IMG/VR virus record: IMGVR_UViG_3300034072_000758 | Location: 427,030-491,029 of that record | DNA length: 64,000 bases | Reading direction: 5' to 3' (one strand) | From: a virus | Shown: positions 26,401 to 35,899 of the stretch, piece after piece | Layout: each line of letters starts with the position of its first letter | Numbering within the stretch: the stretch's first letter is position 1 | Notes under the pieces: model-generated | What the model was told of the DNA's origin: nothing | Database searches by the model: none | The model's input: only the letters and a program-made list of their open reading frames with translations | Made by a program: the position numbers and the translations under genes

Positions 26401-28734
26401 CTCAAACCCGCCGTAGAAACGAACAACACGATCCGCCGCAGCATTCGCCGCGATATTTTCTTTGACGTAAACCGTAATGACCGTGTTCGCGTCATAAGAA
26501 CCATTAAACAGAATTGTATTGCTCGTTATTGTGTAGTTCTTAACGACTTCGTTGTCAGCGAGCACTTCAACGATCTTATTTGTTACGTCATAGTTGAGAG
26601 GAATGGATTGATTGTAAATGAAGCTCTCCTGAAAAACGACAGGAAGGTGGTCAATTCTATCAAAATTCAAACCAATTTTGATAAAGCGCGTTGGGTTCCA
26701 AGATGCGGGAGTATATTCCGCAAGATCGCGGCCAGTTTTATTGTAATTAGCGTACCAAGTTTTCCAAGGTTCGGTTGTCTGAATGATTGTGAGATCACGA
26801 GCATTCTTCATATCCAACATGCGATATGAGTTCGTGGACTCGTCAAAATATGCTGGGAAATCGAAATCCATAACCGACACCGCAGCGTTGTCGATGTCTG
26901 GCGAAACGATACGCGAGAACTCACGAACCTTAACACGATATGGCTTCACTTCGGTGATGTAATCAATGAGGTTTTGTGTGTTGTCGATAGGCTGAACTGG
27001 TACAGCCTTAAGTGGTTCGTTATATCCAATCAAATTTAGGAACGAGGTCTTGAAAGCCCAAGTGACCTGATCTTGGCTCGAATGAATATAGTGAAGCATA
27101 TCGTAGAACATTGTGTTTTGTTCTTCGATAGTCAAAATTTCACTTCTCAGCGTATCAATCAAATACTTCAATTCAATCGAACCATCACGTTGGTTGAATT
27201 GATCAACGTCACCTTCAAACTTGATCAGGTCTTCGTCGTAGAATTTTTCAGAAAGCTCGATTGTACCGGATTGTCTCGCCACAACGATCCACGCGCCGTC
27301 GATGTGTTCACACCATAGCCATTTGCCGTTATCGTCATCCAATACCTTGACGAATTTGTCTTTGTTATTTACGAAAGAAACGTCGCGGTCTCTAATCGTA
27401 TTATAAGTAACAGCAGGGGGATTCAAATATGAGTAACCCTCAGCGTACCAATCTACATAATTGAAGAAATCAACAGTTCTGTAATTCTGATAATTGATCA
27501 GTTCGTATGCTGTAGAATTGTATTCCCATACTGTCCAGAAATTGTGAGTTTCGCTGTTTGCGTTCACTAGAACCTTGTAGCCTTGAGTTGGGTTCGGGAT
27601 AGCATCGCGTTCTTCCAGCGTATCGACCACAATGTCGTAGGTCTTCACCGGAGAGAATACCAGACCCGGATTATTGACCAAGAAGGAGCTTCCATATCCA
27701 GTCAAGGTTACGTTAGCAAAATAGGAGGCGGCTTGGCTATACGCACAATATCCGAAGCGAGAAGGACCATAGAACGGTGAGTTCGATGGAATCTCGTATT
27801 CAAGCGCAGTATTATCGTCCAGAGAGCCATTTTTTTGCGACGTTCGAATCGTGACACGATTACTGGCACGGACCACTTCGATTTGTATTTCGCCCAGAGC
27901 GTTCCATCCACCGCCTTCTGGCAAAATAGTATTATGGCCATTCACGAGAATGGTCTTGGTTGTCCCGGCGTAATACACAAGGCTCCATGCCTCAGATACA
28001 TTGCTCCCTTTGACCGCACGATTTGCGATCAAGCTATGAGGGACGCCATTGACTTCGGCAAAAGCTACCACAAGACCAATAACGTCATCATCCCCGTTGG
28101 TGCTACCTACGGTAACGGTATGCTTGTAGTTCGACAAAGCATTCGGTGAAACGAAACCAATCATGTTGGCGCTGTTCACAGTGGTTTCGAAACGGTTATT
28201 GACGAAATCCCAAGAAAGCGCTTCGTTTCCCGGTGGAATCACACCAGCATTAATGAAATATTGATTTCCGTTAAATCTCCCCCAAGTATTGAAGATTTCG
28301 GATTGTGTAGGCGTCTGAACAACGTCTTCGTCATTGGCATCTTCTGGGATGTTTTCGGTCGATGCTTCCCACACACTCCACTGAGGATCATCGACATTGC
28401 TAACGCCGTCCACAAGAATTTTATATTTGTTTCCCGCGATTATGGAAGAAACAAAATTTGGATCGAGCAACAGATCATTGCGCTCCTGATAACTGTAGAC
28501 CTTGTGATCATAAGTCGTTTCTGGTGGAAGTTGTTCAATATATTTTTTACCTTCGGCGCGTCTCCACACGAGATATTCCGAATAGGGAGTCGTGGCTACC
28601 AAGCTATCAATGTACGAAGACCTTTCGATAACGAAAGCTTCTTTCGCAAATATGTTATTAGCTATTTTAACAAAGGCTTTTCTTGCGACGGTGAAGTCTG
28701 TGATAGAAAATATGCCACGATTCAATTCATTCAT
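23413..28734 (-). CDS. giant virion fiber / host-recognition protein (1773 aa)
   Basis: Uninterrupted 5.3-kb ORF, Asn/Thr/Ser/Gly/Tyr-rich beta-rich composition, adjacent to other fiber genes. Confidence 0.6.
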   Translation of the reverse strand: MNELNRGIFSITDFTVARKAFVKIANNIFAKEAFVIERSSYIDSLVATTPYSEYLVWRRAEGKKYIEQLPPETTYDHKVYSYQERNDLLLDPNFVSSIIAGNKYKILVDGVSNVDDPQWSVWEASTENIPEDANDEDVVQTPTQSEIFNTWGRFNGNQYFINAGVIPPGNEALSWDFVNNRFETTVNSANMIGFVSPNALSNYKHTVTVGSTNGDDDVIGLVVAFAEVNGVPHSLIANRAVKGSNVSEAWSLVYYAGTTKTILVNGHNTILPEGGGWNALGEIQIEVVRASNRVTIRTSQKNGSLDDNTALEYEIPSNSPFYGPSRFGYCAYSQAASYFANVTLTGYGSSFLVNNPGLVFSPVKTYDIVVDTLEERDAIPNPTQGYKVLVNANSETHNFWTVWEYNSTAYELINYQNYRTVDFFNYVDWYAEGYSYLNPPAVTYNTIRDRDVSFVNNKDKFVKVLDDDNGKWLWCEHIDGAWIVVARQSGTIELSEKFYDEDLIKFEGDVDQFNQRDGSIELKYLIDTLRSEILTIEEQNTMFYDMLHYIHSSQDQVTWAFKTSFLNLIGYNEPLKAVPVQPIDNTQNLIDYITEVKPYRVKVREFSRIVSPDIDNAAVSVMDFDFPAYFDESTNSYRMLDMKNARDLTIIQTTEPWKTWYANYNKTGRDLAEYTPASWNPTRFIKIGLNFDRIDHLPVVFQESFIYNQSIPLNYDVTNKIVEVLADNEVVKNYTITSNTILFNGSYDANTVITVYVKENIAANAAADRVVRFYGGFEETNIEKLTGIKDDRIDGGSFTDEKDFTILDQDGDDTINEQDGFQMERNNPEELVAPSVSDTLSIDVFMSGGASMPVQGYHDILSNGTVHLVSYTENADVVVPFADGKRISPSLYSVDHGNKTVVISNTPADTITLRTFSELTAGANVQIEVFNYHANSTYVIGNNSQAPETLFVDVNGLRLNPDEYTVTGSSVVMTAVLSAGDEIQITYLTDPNAAGMATSLVNDENSVVLSLNGPTYTWISVDGVYQDAANPLDIPYPEEQDEAYLFVANAVANSADISSVWSHTPIHLSLDGSTAVFIRFRNDDTTFSFQNVNTGTITYESVANVTIHADSPASSVPHDFYQSITFAVGIPDTNYFVVGGSCVPTGYGSYSPWFILYEVDTVNQVPVRVGGIVYRINDLTGIGPSINCIHLDQDTGSFFVSATTGYSVSRLQLFKLPPIAQWNDQVYVPSATDDTVIANTTQWLNDSYTLVMAGRDDGKGVILPNYANGTMEMRYYYYISKNRVQFAHEEYVSADIANGGTSVTWSNICPHVKNNMFAYPNGWMGYVPFSTPGAECTVDTQFDTIFGSYMANTDLCFDGTVIDTSDNNFTVNVGYTELFTTKKLDADTYRLVMRKEMGGVHNSNIGFAIQADVVTYDTQAAEFTYMSNVAGPTLDTVSWFAGTSSDRYTYGKHGPTVFMDQAGDIFEAFGVNEYNKLHRVVIRIGDYIPPSTDEYIPNIVVTVFDAPLITPESYKLSLTRPAYDLFNPKETGDYDAGGVEEYSFDTGVVGAVENDIPILVAREDSFRLIDMTSSVATLSQPLYLNNSTIYLSVTGDLIPPRVIDVQALDGSITQQDRCGVIWINGERIEFDNITVNGGVTELSGLRRGTHNTSVGNERIFKVSAAGNGSNKSFTMMGVNSMDGLSVAVYEPLVYANGTLITSDGYTGFPVLSAKTFTVDYTVTTTSSGLTVNFKKAPNFGTTVYLIKKFEQSYYDTGTPVYDGLIFISDQNRV

Positions 28735-28759
28735 AGTTATATTTATTTCTCAAAAAGGC

Positions 28760-28788
28760 TTGACTTTTTGATTTCATAGATGGATACT
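28760..28788 (+). promoter_or_regulatory. sigma70-like promoter TTGACT-N17-GATACT
   Basis: Seen directly. Confidence 0.45.
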
Positions 28789-28821
28789 GAGCACAGTCTT
28801 AATTTTCCACATTAGGGAAAC

Positions 28822-29028
28822 ATGTCCAGAAAGAAGCCTACCAAGCTCACAATGTCGCAAAAGACGGCGTTGAACAACATTCGTCAGAAGTTCGGTGAAC
28901 CCAAATTTATCTATTATCAGGGTAACTATACCTACTGCGAATTTGCCACGGTCCTATACAAGTGGGACGCGCGGTCTGAGAAATGGCTTCAAGAGGGCGA
29001 GATTTCGGCTCAGGCTGAAACGGCCTAA
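28822..29028 (+). CDS. hypothetical protein
   Basis: 68-aa ORF. Confidence 0.45.
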   Translation: MSRKKPTKLTMSQKTALNNIRQKFGEPKFIYYQGNYTYCEFATVLYKWDARSEKWLQEGEISAQAETA

Positions 29029-29033
29029 TAAGG

Positions 29034-30791
29034 ATGTCCACTATGATCAAAGTTGCCTCAGTGCAATTCAATCCCGTTGTCGGCGACGTATTCGGCAATG
29101 CGGAGCGTATGCTTCAACTATACATTGAAGCGGCAAAGACCGCCGATCTGGTAGTCTTCCCCGAATGCTCCATCAGTGGGTATCCCATCGAAGACCTCGC
29201 GTTGAAGGCGGATTTCATCGACAGATGTATCGAAGCGCGAAAATCATTCATTGATGCCGTGTATCTTTCCAAGGAAAAGGCCGGTGTCATTTTCGGATGC
29301 CCCAACCTAAACACCAATGGTAAAACCACAAACTCCGCATTCGCGGTCGATCCGGTTCACCAAGACTATTCGATCTTTGATAAACAACGCCTCCCGAATT
29401 ATGGCGTGTTCGATGAAGTCCGTACTTTTGCCCCAGCAACCAAGCCTCAACCAACATGGCAGTTCCGCGATCTCAAGATCGGCATTCTGATCTGCGAAGA
29501 TGCGTGGCATTCCGGTTCGTTGAGCGGATGTATTGGTGAGCATTTCCCCAACCTGATGATCAGCATCAATGGTTCGCCGTTCGAAATCGGCAAGAATGTC
29601 ATCCGCAAGAATGTAATCGTAGATCGTATCCACGAACTGTTCGAAGTCGGTGATGCGTTCGGCGTCCCCTTCGTCTATACCAACATGGTTGGTGGTCAAG
29701 ACGAGATCGTATTTGATGGTAATTCGTTTGTCATCGACAAGAATGGCTACCGGGCTGTGCCTACCTTCGAAGAAGGTGTTCACTATTTCGATGTCTCGCT
29801 GGACTCGTTCCAACCGGGCGTTTACGATGTCGAGCCTTCCAGCATTGCCGATGTCTACAAATGTCTTGTCACCGGCACGAGAGATTTCTTCGGAAAGCAA
29901 GGTTTCGTGTCCGGCGTTCTCGGCTATTCAGGTGGTGTAGATTCGGGTCTGGTGGCCGCTATCCTTGTGGATGCGCAAGGACCGAAAAATGCCAATCTCG
30001 TGTCTCTTCCGTCGAAGTTCTCGGACCAAGCCTCGAAAGACGATGCCTTGGAAGGCGCTATTCGTTTGGGCGCTAACTATCGGTCGATCAGCATTGAACC
30101 GATTGTCCAAGCCCTACGCGATGCCTACAAGCCGTCTGAATACAATCCAAACAGCATGTCCATGATGAATGGCGCTCGTAAAAATACTGGCACGATCTTC
30201 ACCACGGACCCGGAGTTGAGCAACTATTCGGGTGAACTGACCGGCGTGGCGGACGAAAACATCCAAGCTCGTGCTCGTGGTAATATCCTGATGGCTATCT
30301 CTAACCAAGAAGGCCACATGGTTCTGTCCACCGGTAATAAGTCGGAAGTGAGCCTCGGTTTCTGTACGATTTATGGTGACATGTCGGGTGGTTACAACCC
30401 GATCAAGGATTGCCCGAAGACGCTGGTATGGGCGCTATGTTTGTGGCGAAATCAAGCTGATCCGGCTGAATACGGCTTCCTTGGTCCCAAGGGTGAAGTT
30501 GTTCCGCAAGAGATCATCGACAAAAAGCCGGACGCTGGCTTGGCTGAAAATTCCAAAGGCGATCCGTTCGACTACCGCAACATCACCGATCCAATCCTCA
30601 ATATTTTGGTGGACAAGGCCGGTTCGGTTCAAGACGTGATCGATGCTGGTTTTGATCCTGCGGAAGCACAGCGCCACTACAAGCTTCTTCTGCGCTCGGA
30701 ATACAAGCGCCGCCAAGCATGTCCCGGCATCAAGATCACTTCCAAATTACACGGGCGGGATCGACGTATCCCAATCGTCTATCGAGAATAA
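29034..30791 (+). CDS. nadE: glutamine-dependent NAD+ synthetase (N-terminal CN-hydrolase/nitrilase domain + C-terminal NAD synthetase domain)
   Basis: Nitrilase catalytic residues (FPE..K..ILICEDAWH). ATP-pyrophosphatase P-loop LGYSGGVDSGL. 585 aa. Confidence 0.85.
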   Translation: MSTMIKVASVQFNPVVGDVFGNAERMLQLYIEAAKTADLVVFPECSISGYPIEDLALKADFIDRCIEARKSFIDAVYLSKEKAGVIFGCPNLNTNGKTTNSAFAVDPVHQDYSIFDKQRLPNYGVFDEVRTFAPATKPQPTWQFRDLKIGILICEDAWHSGSLSGCIGEHFPNLMISINGSPFEIGKNVIRKNVIVDRIHELFEVGDAFGVPFVYTNMVGGQDEIVFDGNSFVIDKNGYRAVPTFEEGVHYFDVSLDSFQPGVYDVEPSSIADVYKCLVTGTRDFFGKQGFVSGVLGYSGGVDSGLVAAILVDAQGPKNANLVSLPSKFSDQASKDDALEGAIRLGANYRSISIEPIVQALRDAYKPSEYNPNSMSMMNGARKNTGTIFTTDPELSNYSGELTGVADENIQARARGNILMAISNQEGHMVLSTGNKSEVSLGFCTIYGDMSGGYNPIKDCPKTLVWALCLWRNQADPAEYGFLGPKGEVVPQEIIDKKPDAGLAENSKGDPFDYRNITDPILNILVDKAGSVQDVIDAGFDPAEAQRHYKLLLRSEYKRRQACPGIKITSKLHGRDRRIPIVYRE

Positions 30792-30817
30792 AAAAAGGGG
30801 CCGAAAGGCCCTTTTTT
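30791..30817. terminator. bidirectional rho-independent terminator (A-run, GGGGCC-GAAA-GGCCC, T-run)
   Basis: Seen directly between convergent genes. Confidence 0.7.
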
Positions 30818-31182
30818 CATAATGATAATAATAGTGTGATCAGAAAATCATCAATTTCGGTCTCTTCACCAGTAACATACATTTTATAGCTGGTGACAAT
30901 ATCTCTACCGTATGGTGGATGATATTTGAATGTTGGATCAAACCGAATAACGAATTTATCAGTCTCAAATTCAGTTATAGCGTGATAAATATCTCTATCA
31001 GGGTTGACCATATTATCGGCTATCGAGAATAGAAAATTTATATCCCTGTGAATTACCCAAAGATAAAATATATTATCTTTGGGTAATGTGGTTGCGATTT
31101 TACCGAGCACCATTTGCTCCCACACGGTCCTATACAGCGTGTGGCACTTTTCAGCATCATCGAATGTTTTGGTTATAATCAT
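30817..31182 (-). CDS. hypothetical protein
   Basis: 121-aa ORF. Confidence 0.5.
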   Translation of the reverse strand: MIITKTFDDAEKCHTLYRTVWEQMVLGKIATTLPKDNIFYLWVIHRDINFLFSIADNMVNPDRDIYHAITEFETDKFVIRFDPTFKYHPPYGRDIVTSYKMYVTGEETEIDDFLITLLLSL

Positions 31183-31247
31183 TTTTCAAGTATGCCACAT
31201 TTTCTTACTTAATCAAGAATTTCAACAAAATAAATCCCTTGCCCTCA

Positions 31248-31270
31248 GTTAACGTTAATGCTACGTTAAC
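31248..31270 (+). promoter_or_regulatory. perfect 7-bp inverted repeat GTTAACG-N9-CGTTAAC (operator-like) in the upstream region of the SPFH gene
   Basis: Seen directly, 55 nt upstream of the start codon. Confidence 0.3.
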
Positions 31271-31325
31271 CACAAATCTACATTGTGTGGATTGTGTCTG
31301 CCAGTAATCAGTAAGAGAGTAGAGT

Positions 31326-32681
31326 ATGCCTCCATTTTTATGGATTGTAATCCCGGTAGCGGTTGTTGCCTTCTTGGTCATCACCGCGATCCTGTTGTCG
31401 TTCGCATGGCGCGTTGTCGTTGATACGAACAAGGTCCACATCGTTCAGTCTCGCAAAAAGACAACCAGCTACGGCGTCGGCGCTGAACACGGTAACGTCT
31501 ATTACCGCGTCCCATCATTCATCCCGGTTTGGGGTGTTACAACCATCGAGCTTCCAGTCAGCAACTTTGATCTGTCTCTGAACAGCTATAAAGCATATGA
31601 CAAAGACCGCGTTCCGTTCGAACTCGACATTACCGCGTTCATGCGTATCGCTGACACCAATACCGCCGCAGCGCGCGTTTCCAGCTTCACCGACTTGAAG
31701 ACCCAACTCCAATCGGTCGTACAAGGCGCTGTTCGTAAAATTCTGTCGTCCTATGACATCAACACTGTTATGGGTGATCGCTCGACTTTCGGTCAACAAT
31801 TCACTGACGAAGTAAAAGCCGAACTCGCCAATTGGGGCGTTGAGCCGGTTAAGAACCTCGAACTGATGGACATCCGTGACTCGGACGGCTCTAAGGTAAT
31901 CGCTAACATCATGGCGAAGAAGACCTCGTTCATCGAAATGGAATCCCGCGTCGAAGTCGCCAAGAACCAGCAAGCCGCTAAGGAAGCTGAAATCGCTGCC
32001 GGTCAAGCCGTTCTCATTCGTGAGCAAGAAGCCCAACAACAAGTTGGTGAACGTACTGCGCAGCAAGAGCGCGCTACGGGTATCGCCAAAGAAAAGTCTC
32101 GCCAAGACATACAGCAAGAAGCCGCTATCACCAAAGAGCGCGAAATGGAAGTTCTTTCGGTTGAAACCCAGCGTAATGCTGAAATCACCAAAAAGGCTCA
32201 AGTCGTTCTGGCTGAACAGCAACGCGATACTGACGTTATTAAAGCTGAGGCTCAAAAGAAGACCACAGTTCTGATCTCCGAAGGTAATCTCCAAGAAGCT
32301 AAGCTCACCGCCGAAGGTATCAAGGCAAAGGGTGAGGCCGAAGCTGCTGCGAAGCAAGCGATGGAAACCGCTCCGGTTCAAGCTCAAATCCTGCTGGCGC
32401 AGGAAATTGGTGAAAACCAAGGCTACCAAAAGTACCTTATCGATCTGCGTGAGGTAGAAGCCTCTCAGGTGGTTGGTGTGGCTCAGGCCGCTGCCCTCCA
32501 AAAGGCTGAGATCAAGATCATCGCCAACAACGACACTGCTTCTAAGGGTCTGAACTCGGTCGGTGAACTGTTCTCGTCCACGGGCGGCACAAAGCTCGGT
32601 GCTATGGTCGAAGGCTTCGCTCAGACCGAAGAAGGCCGCAAGCTGATCGACAAGTTTATCGGTAAGGGCGGCGCTGCTTAA
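31326..32681 (+). CDS. SPFH/band-7 (flotillin/YqiK-like) membrane protein
   Basis: N-terminal TM helix. Band-7 core (VHIVQSRKK...GVTTIELPV...). Long Ala/Gln/Glu-rich coiled-coil tail. Confidence 0.7.
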   Translation: MPPFLWIVIPVAVVAFLVITAILLSFAWRVVVDTNKVHIVQSRKKTTSYGVGAEHGNVYYRVPSFIPVWGVTTIELPVSNFDLSLNSYKAYDKDRVPFELDITAFMRIADTNTAAARVSSFTDLKTQLQSVVQGAVRKILSSYDINTVMGDRSTFGQQFTDEVKAELANWGVEPVKNLELMDIRDSDGSKVIANIMAKKTSFIEMESRVEVAKNQQAAKEAEIAAGQAVLIREQEAQQQVGERTAQQERATGIAKEKSRQDIQQEAAITKEREMEVLSVETQRNAEITKKAQVVLAEQQRDTDVIKAEAQKKTTVLISEGNLQEAKLTAEGIKAKGEAEAAAKQAMETAPVQAQILLAQEIGENQGYQKYLIDLREVEASQVVGVAQAAALQKAEIKIIANNDTASKGLNSVGELFSSTGGTKLGAMVEGFAQTEEGRKLIDKFIGKGGAA

Positions 32682-32706
32682 TTCACTCAACAAAGTGAAT
32701 TTGTAA

Positions 32707-32733
32707 AGGCGGGGAGAAATCTCCGCCTTTTTA
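32707..32733 (+). terminator. rho-independent terminator (AGGCGGGGAG-aaat-CTCCGCCT + TTTTT)
   Basis: Seen directly. Confidence 0.65.
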
Positions 32734-32869
32734 ATGTAAAAATACGGTTAAAAAATATCGTTAAAAAATACGAATTAAATTGAATCTCCCAAAAACACTT
32801 GATACATTAGAGTTAACTTGATGACAGTCATCAAGCCTGTAACAAGCTAATCCAAGGATTAACAAGCAA

Positions 32870-33130
32870 ATGTCGAACATCGTACAAGAACTGAACAACG
32901 GCCTCGTGTCGGTTTCCTTCACCAAGGCTGACGGCTCGCTGCGCGCCATGAAGGCCACCCTGAGCACCAACGTTTCGGAAGCCAAGGCTCTGATCGAAGC
33001 CGCTCAAGCCGCTGGCACCCTGAACACAACTCCTTCGGCTTCGGGCCAAATCTCGGTCGTTGAAGTCACCGACGCTGGTGTCGCTCAATGGCGCTCGCTG
33101 AATGTCAACACGGCGAAGATCACCGCCTAA
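32870..33130 (+). CDS. hypothetical small protein flanked by its own terminator (possibly highly expressed)
   Basis: 86-aa ORF. Strong terminator hairpin at 33170-33202. Confidence 0.5.
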   Translation: MSNIVQELNNGLVSVSFTKADGSLRAMKATLSTNVSEAKALIEAAQAAGTLNTTPSASGQISVVEVTDAGVAQWRSLNVNTAKITA

Positions 33131-33208
33131 TTGACAAGAAAGTCTTTCCTAGACTTCATGTTAAAACTCAAAGACTCTCGGTATTCCGAGGGTCTTTTTT
33201 ATGTTTAC

Positions 33209-33236
33209 TTGACATCAACATATTCTGTGATACTAT
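33209..33236 (+). promoter_or_regulatory. sigma70-like promoter TTGACA-N16-TACTAT
   Basis: Seen directly. RBS TAGGAGC precedes the gene at 33269. Confidence 0.5.
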
Positions 33237-33268
33237 AGGTTCATAAAATATAATCTAGGAGCTTACAT

Positions 33269-33859
33269 ATGACTGATGAACGCCGAGTATCAAATATCGA
33301 ATTTTGTATATCTCGCATGGAAAAGGAATGTCAAATCTTCCAAGCGGCTGGTACTAATCTGACCCCGGCTCACCTTCTTCAAGTCATGATCAAGGCCGAG
33401 GTCTATGATTATTCGCTGATCGTCACGTCGCGCACCGGCAAGGCTTCTGGTTTCAAAGTCACCGTCGATAGTTCGGTTGACATGCGCCTGATCTACAACA
33501 TCAATTTCAAGAATGACGTTTTCGATCTCAAGCTGGACATGATGGATACCAAAGATATGAAGGTGACCACCACGAACAGCCAAGGCGACGATGTGACGGA
33601 AATTCGCAGTGTGCGTATCCTGTATTTTGTCAACAAGCTGGATCGTCATTCAGAGCGTCATCACCGGGATGCCATCAATATCGCCATGTCGATGTTCGAT
33701 GAAGACGTGAACCGCGATGATCGCCACACCATTCGCCTTCTGGAACGAGTTCGTTCCTATACCAATCCTCAATCGGCGGTCGGCGAAGAAAAGCGTAGCC
33801 AGTGGGTTGGCTCTAACGGCGAACGTTTCGAGAAACACAAAGGAAAGAGGATCGCATGA
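33269..33859 (+). CDS. hypothetical protein
   Basis: 196-aa ORF. Confidence 0.5.
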   Translation: MTDERRVSNIEFCISRMEKECQIFQAAGTNLTPAHLLQVMIKAEVYDYSLIVTSRTGKASGFKVTVDSSVDMRLIYNINFKNDVFDLKLDMMDTKDMKVTTTNSQGDDVTEIRSVRILYFVNKLDRHSERHHRDAINIAMSMFDEDVNRDDRHTIRLLERVRSYTNPQSAVGEEKRSQWVGSNGERFEKHKGKRIA

Positions 33860-34023
33860 AATCGGACGCATACAAAGAGGGCTACGACTACTGTGGTCAT
33901 CATGGGCCAAACTTTCAAGCCAACCCATATCCCAAAGGCTCTCAGGAAGCCGAGGATTGGCGTGATGGGGTTTGGCGCTGTGTCAACGAAGACGACGCCG
34001 AACATCGCGGAAGGGGCGGCTAA
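33856..34023 (+). CDS. small Cys/His-containing protein (55 aa, below ORF-track cutoff)
   Basis: ATGA overlap with the upstream gene and TAATG overlap with the downstream gene fill an otherwise empty slot in the operon. Confidence 0.35.
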   Translation: MKSDAYKEGYDYCGHHGPNFQANPYPKGSQEAEDWRDGVWRCVNEDDAEHRGRGG

Positions 34024-34289
34024 TGAAGATCGTTCTGGAACAGCTTCCTAACTACCAAATGGTCACGCATGGTGGCGATTTCCTCGCGCGGCGTTTCGCC
34101 ATTCTGATCAACGATGTTGTCGTTGACGAGTTCATGGAACGGGGTGCGCCCCACTACTATGTATCCACCATGTTCGAAAAGCTTATTCGTGATCGGATCG
34201 GCGTCTACGAACTGGCTCTCGGTATCAAAGCCGAAGAAATAGTCATCACACCAGCCGAAGAGTTTAGAAAATGGAGGAATTTTCAATGA
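34023..34289 (+). CDS. hypothetical protein
   Basis: ORF 33972..34289 trimmed to the ATG at the TAATG junction. Confidence 0.45.
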   Translation: MKIVLEQLPNYQMVTHGGDFLARRFAILINDVVVDEFMERGAPHYYVSTMFEKLIRDRIGVYELALGIKAEEIVITPAEEFRKWRNFQ

Positions 34290-34486
34290 TGGGTTACACC
34301 AAAGCCACCGATTTCATGCGTGATAATGTGTCGGGTAATCTGGTCAAGCGTGGCGATACGACCAAGAGTGGCGGGCTGGTTTACTATATGGAAACCGGCC
34401 CCGCATATCGTCTGTCCGCTAAGGAAGCGGAAGTCCTCGGACGATACAACTTTCGCCCCCGTTTCGTAGAAGGAGCTACCAAGTGA
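34286..34486 (+). CDS. hypothetical protein
   Basis: ORF 34271..34486 with a GGAGGA RBS before the ATG at 34286. Confidence 0.45.
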   Translation: MMGYTKATDFMRDNVSGNLVKRGDTTKSGGLVYYMETGPAYRLSAKEAEVLGRYNFRPRFVEGATK

Positions 34487-34815
34487 TCGTCATGAACCAA
34501 TATTTCTTTCTGGGGCCGAACGCGATCATTCATAACTTCTATGATCCAGAAATCCAAACGGCGGCTCAGATGTCTCGCGGCATGGCCATCGAACTCGGTG
34601 AAGTTCCCCCGGCCTACAGCGAAGACCCGATCATTGTCACGCCTGATGCGTATATCGCTAAGAACGAGTTCGACCGCGATGACTTGTTCTTCGGCGATAC
34701 TAACTTCGTCCCCGAATATCTTCTGTGGGAAGGTGGCGACGGTAAGACTTACGTGGTTCACATCAAGGACTGCTATCGAGCCACCGACATGGTTTGTATG
34801 GGTCTTCTGAATTAG
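34483..34815 (+). CDS. hypothetical protein
   Basis: 110-aa ORF. Confidence 0.5.
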   Translation: MIVMNQYFFLGPNAIIHNFYDPEIQTAAQMSRGMAIELGEVPPAYSEDPIIVTPDAYIAKNEFDRDDLFFGDTNFVPEYLLWEGGDGKTYVVHIKDCYRATDMVCMGLLN

Positions 34816-35867
34816 AAGTCGGCCTTCGGCTTCAATACCTGTGACAAATTCTGACGCTGTTTGATTTCATATCCATCACGGAACGTAGTCATCTTGTCGT
34901 TCGACAGGTAGTCTTTCAGGATGCGGTGCGCAGCTTCCCACTCGTATTCGCGGTACGCCACTTCCTTGATCTTCCAAGCGCTGCTAACGCGCTGGAACAG
35001 GGTTGATGGCATGTAGTCGGTACGCAGGAAGAAATCGCCTTCCTGAGCCACGTCTGGGAACGCATGACCAGAACCAATCAGTTGAGCACCATTAGGCGGA
35101 ATGCCATCACCCGCAAAAATCCAAGGGTTCTGTAAACCATCCTCAGAACCGGGGATGTAGTAGAACTGCTGGGTTTCGAAGTTTCTACGAATGAAATTCG
35201 CCTTGGCGTTCTCAACGACTTGTTCGTTGATCTCGAACTCCTTAGTCGCGGTGGATAGAATGTCTCCCAGAGTGTCGGATGTATCCAACCCAAATGGATC
35301 GGTGGCCTGTTTATCCAAAATATCTTGGTATTCCTGAGAGGCCGTCATGGGCTTCACTTGGATACGCCATATGTGAGGATACCAAGTAGACGAATAACCA
35401 TCAGCGGCCTTGTCGGCTTCCTTCACGACATAAAACTTGTTGGCTGGCTTCGCGGTCGGTGAGGTGTTATCGCGGCGGTGTGGAAGCTCTATAACGTCCC
35501 CGGCGATGATACGACGACCAAGACGGGCGATCAGATCATTTAGATGGAACTCAATAAACAGCGTATCGGACTCAAACATCATCCCGAACTGAGACAAACT
35601 GAAATCCGTCTCGTCGTTGATTTGATAGATACCGCGTGTCTCATACACGGTATCCGAATATTTTCTATCGCGGTTTTCCAAGTATAACGGGTCTTGAATA
35701 CTGGTAATATTCGTGACGGTTGAGTTAGACGTTTGGTCGTACACACCTTCATATAGGTGAACATATACCGCAGTACCAGACACCGTGAAAAATTCCGAGA
35801 TCACCCTATCGGAGAACTTGAAATCGTTTCCTTTTTTACCACTATTCCAGAGAGTTATACGAGCCAT
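34812..35867 (-). CDS. hypothetical protein (351 aa, probably structural)
   Basis: Long ORF. The antisense ORFs are rejected. Confidence 0.5.
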   Translation of the reverse strand: MARITLWNSGKKGNDFKFSDRVISEFFTVSGTAVYVHLYEGVYDQTSNSTVTNITSIQDPLYLENRDRKYSDTVYETRGIYQINDETDFSLSQFGMMFESDTLFIEFHLNDLIARLGRRIIAGDVIELPHRRDNTSPTAKPANKFYVVKEADKAADGYSSTWYPHIWRIQVKPMTASQEYQDILDKQATDPFGLDTSDTLGDILSTATKEFEINEQVVENAKANFIRRNFETQQFYYIPGSEDGLQNPWIFAGDGIPPNGAQLIGSGHAFPDVAQEGDFFLRTDYMPSTLFQRVSSAWKIKEVAYREYEWEAAHRILKDYLSNDKMTTFRDGYEIKQRQNLSQVLKPKADF

Positions 35868-35899
35868 ATTTGTATTTATATTGAAGAAAACCCCCGAAC

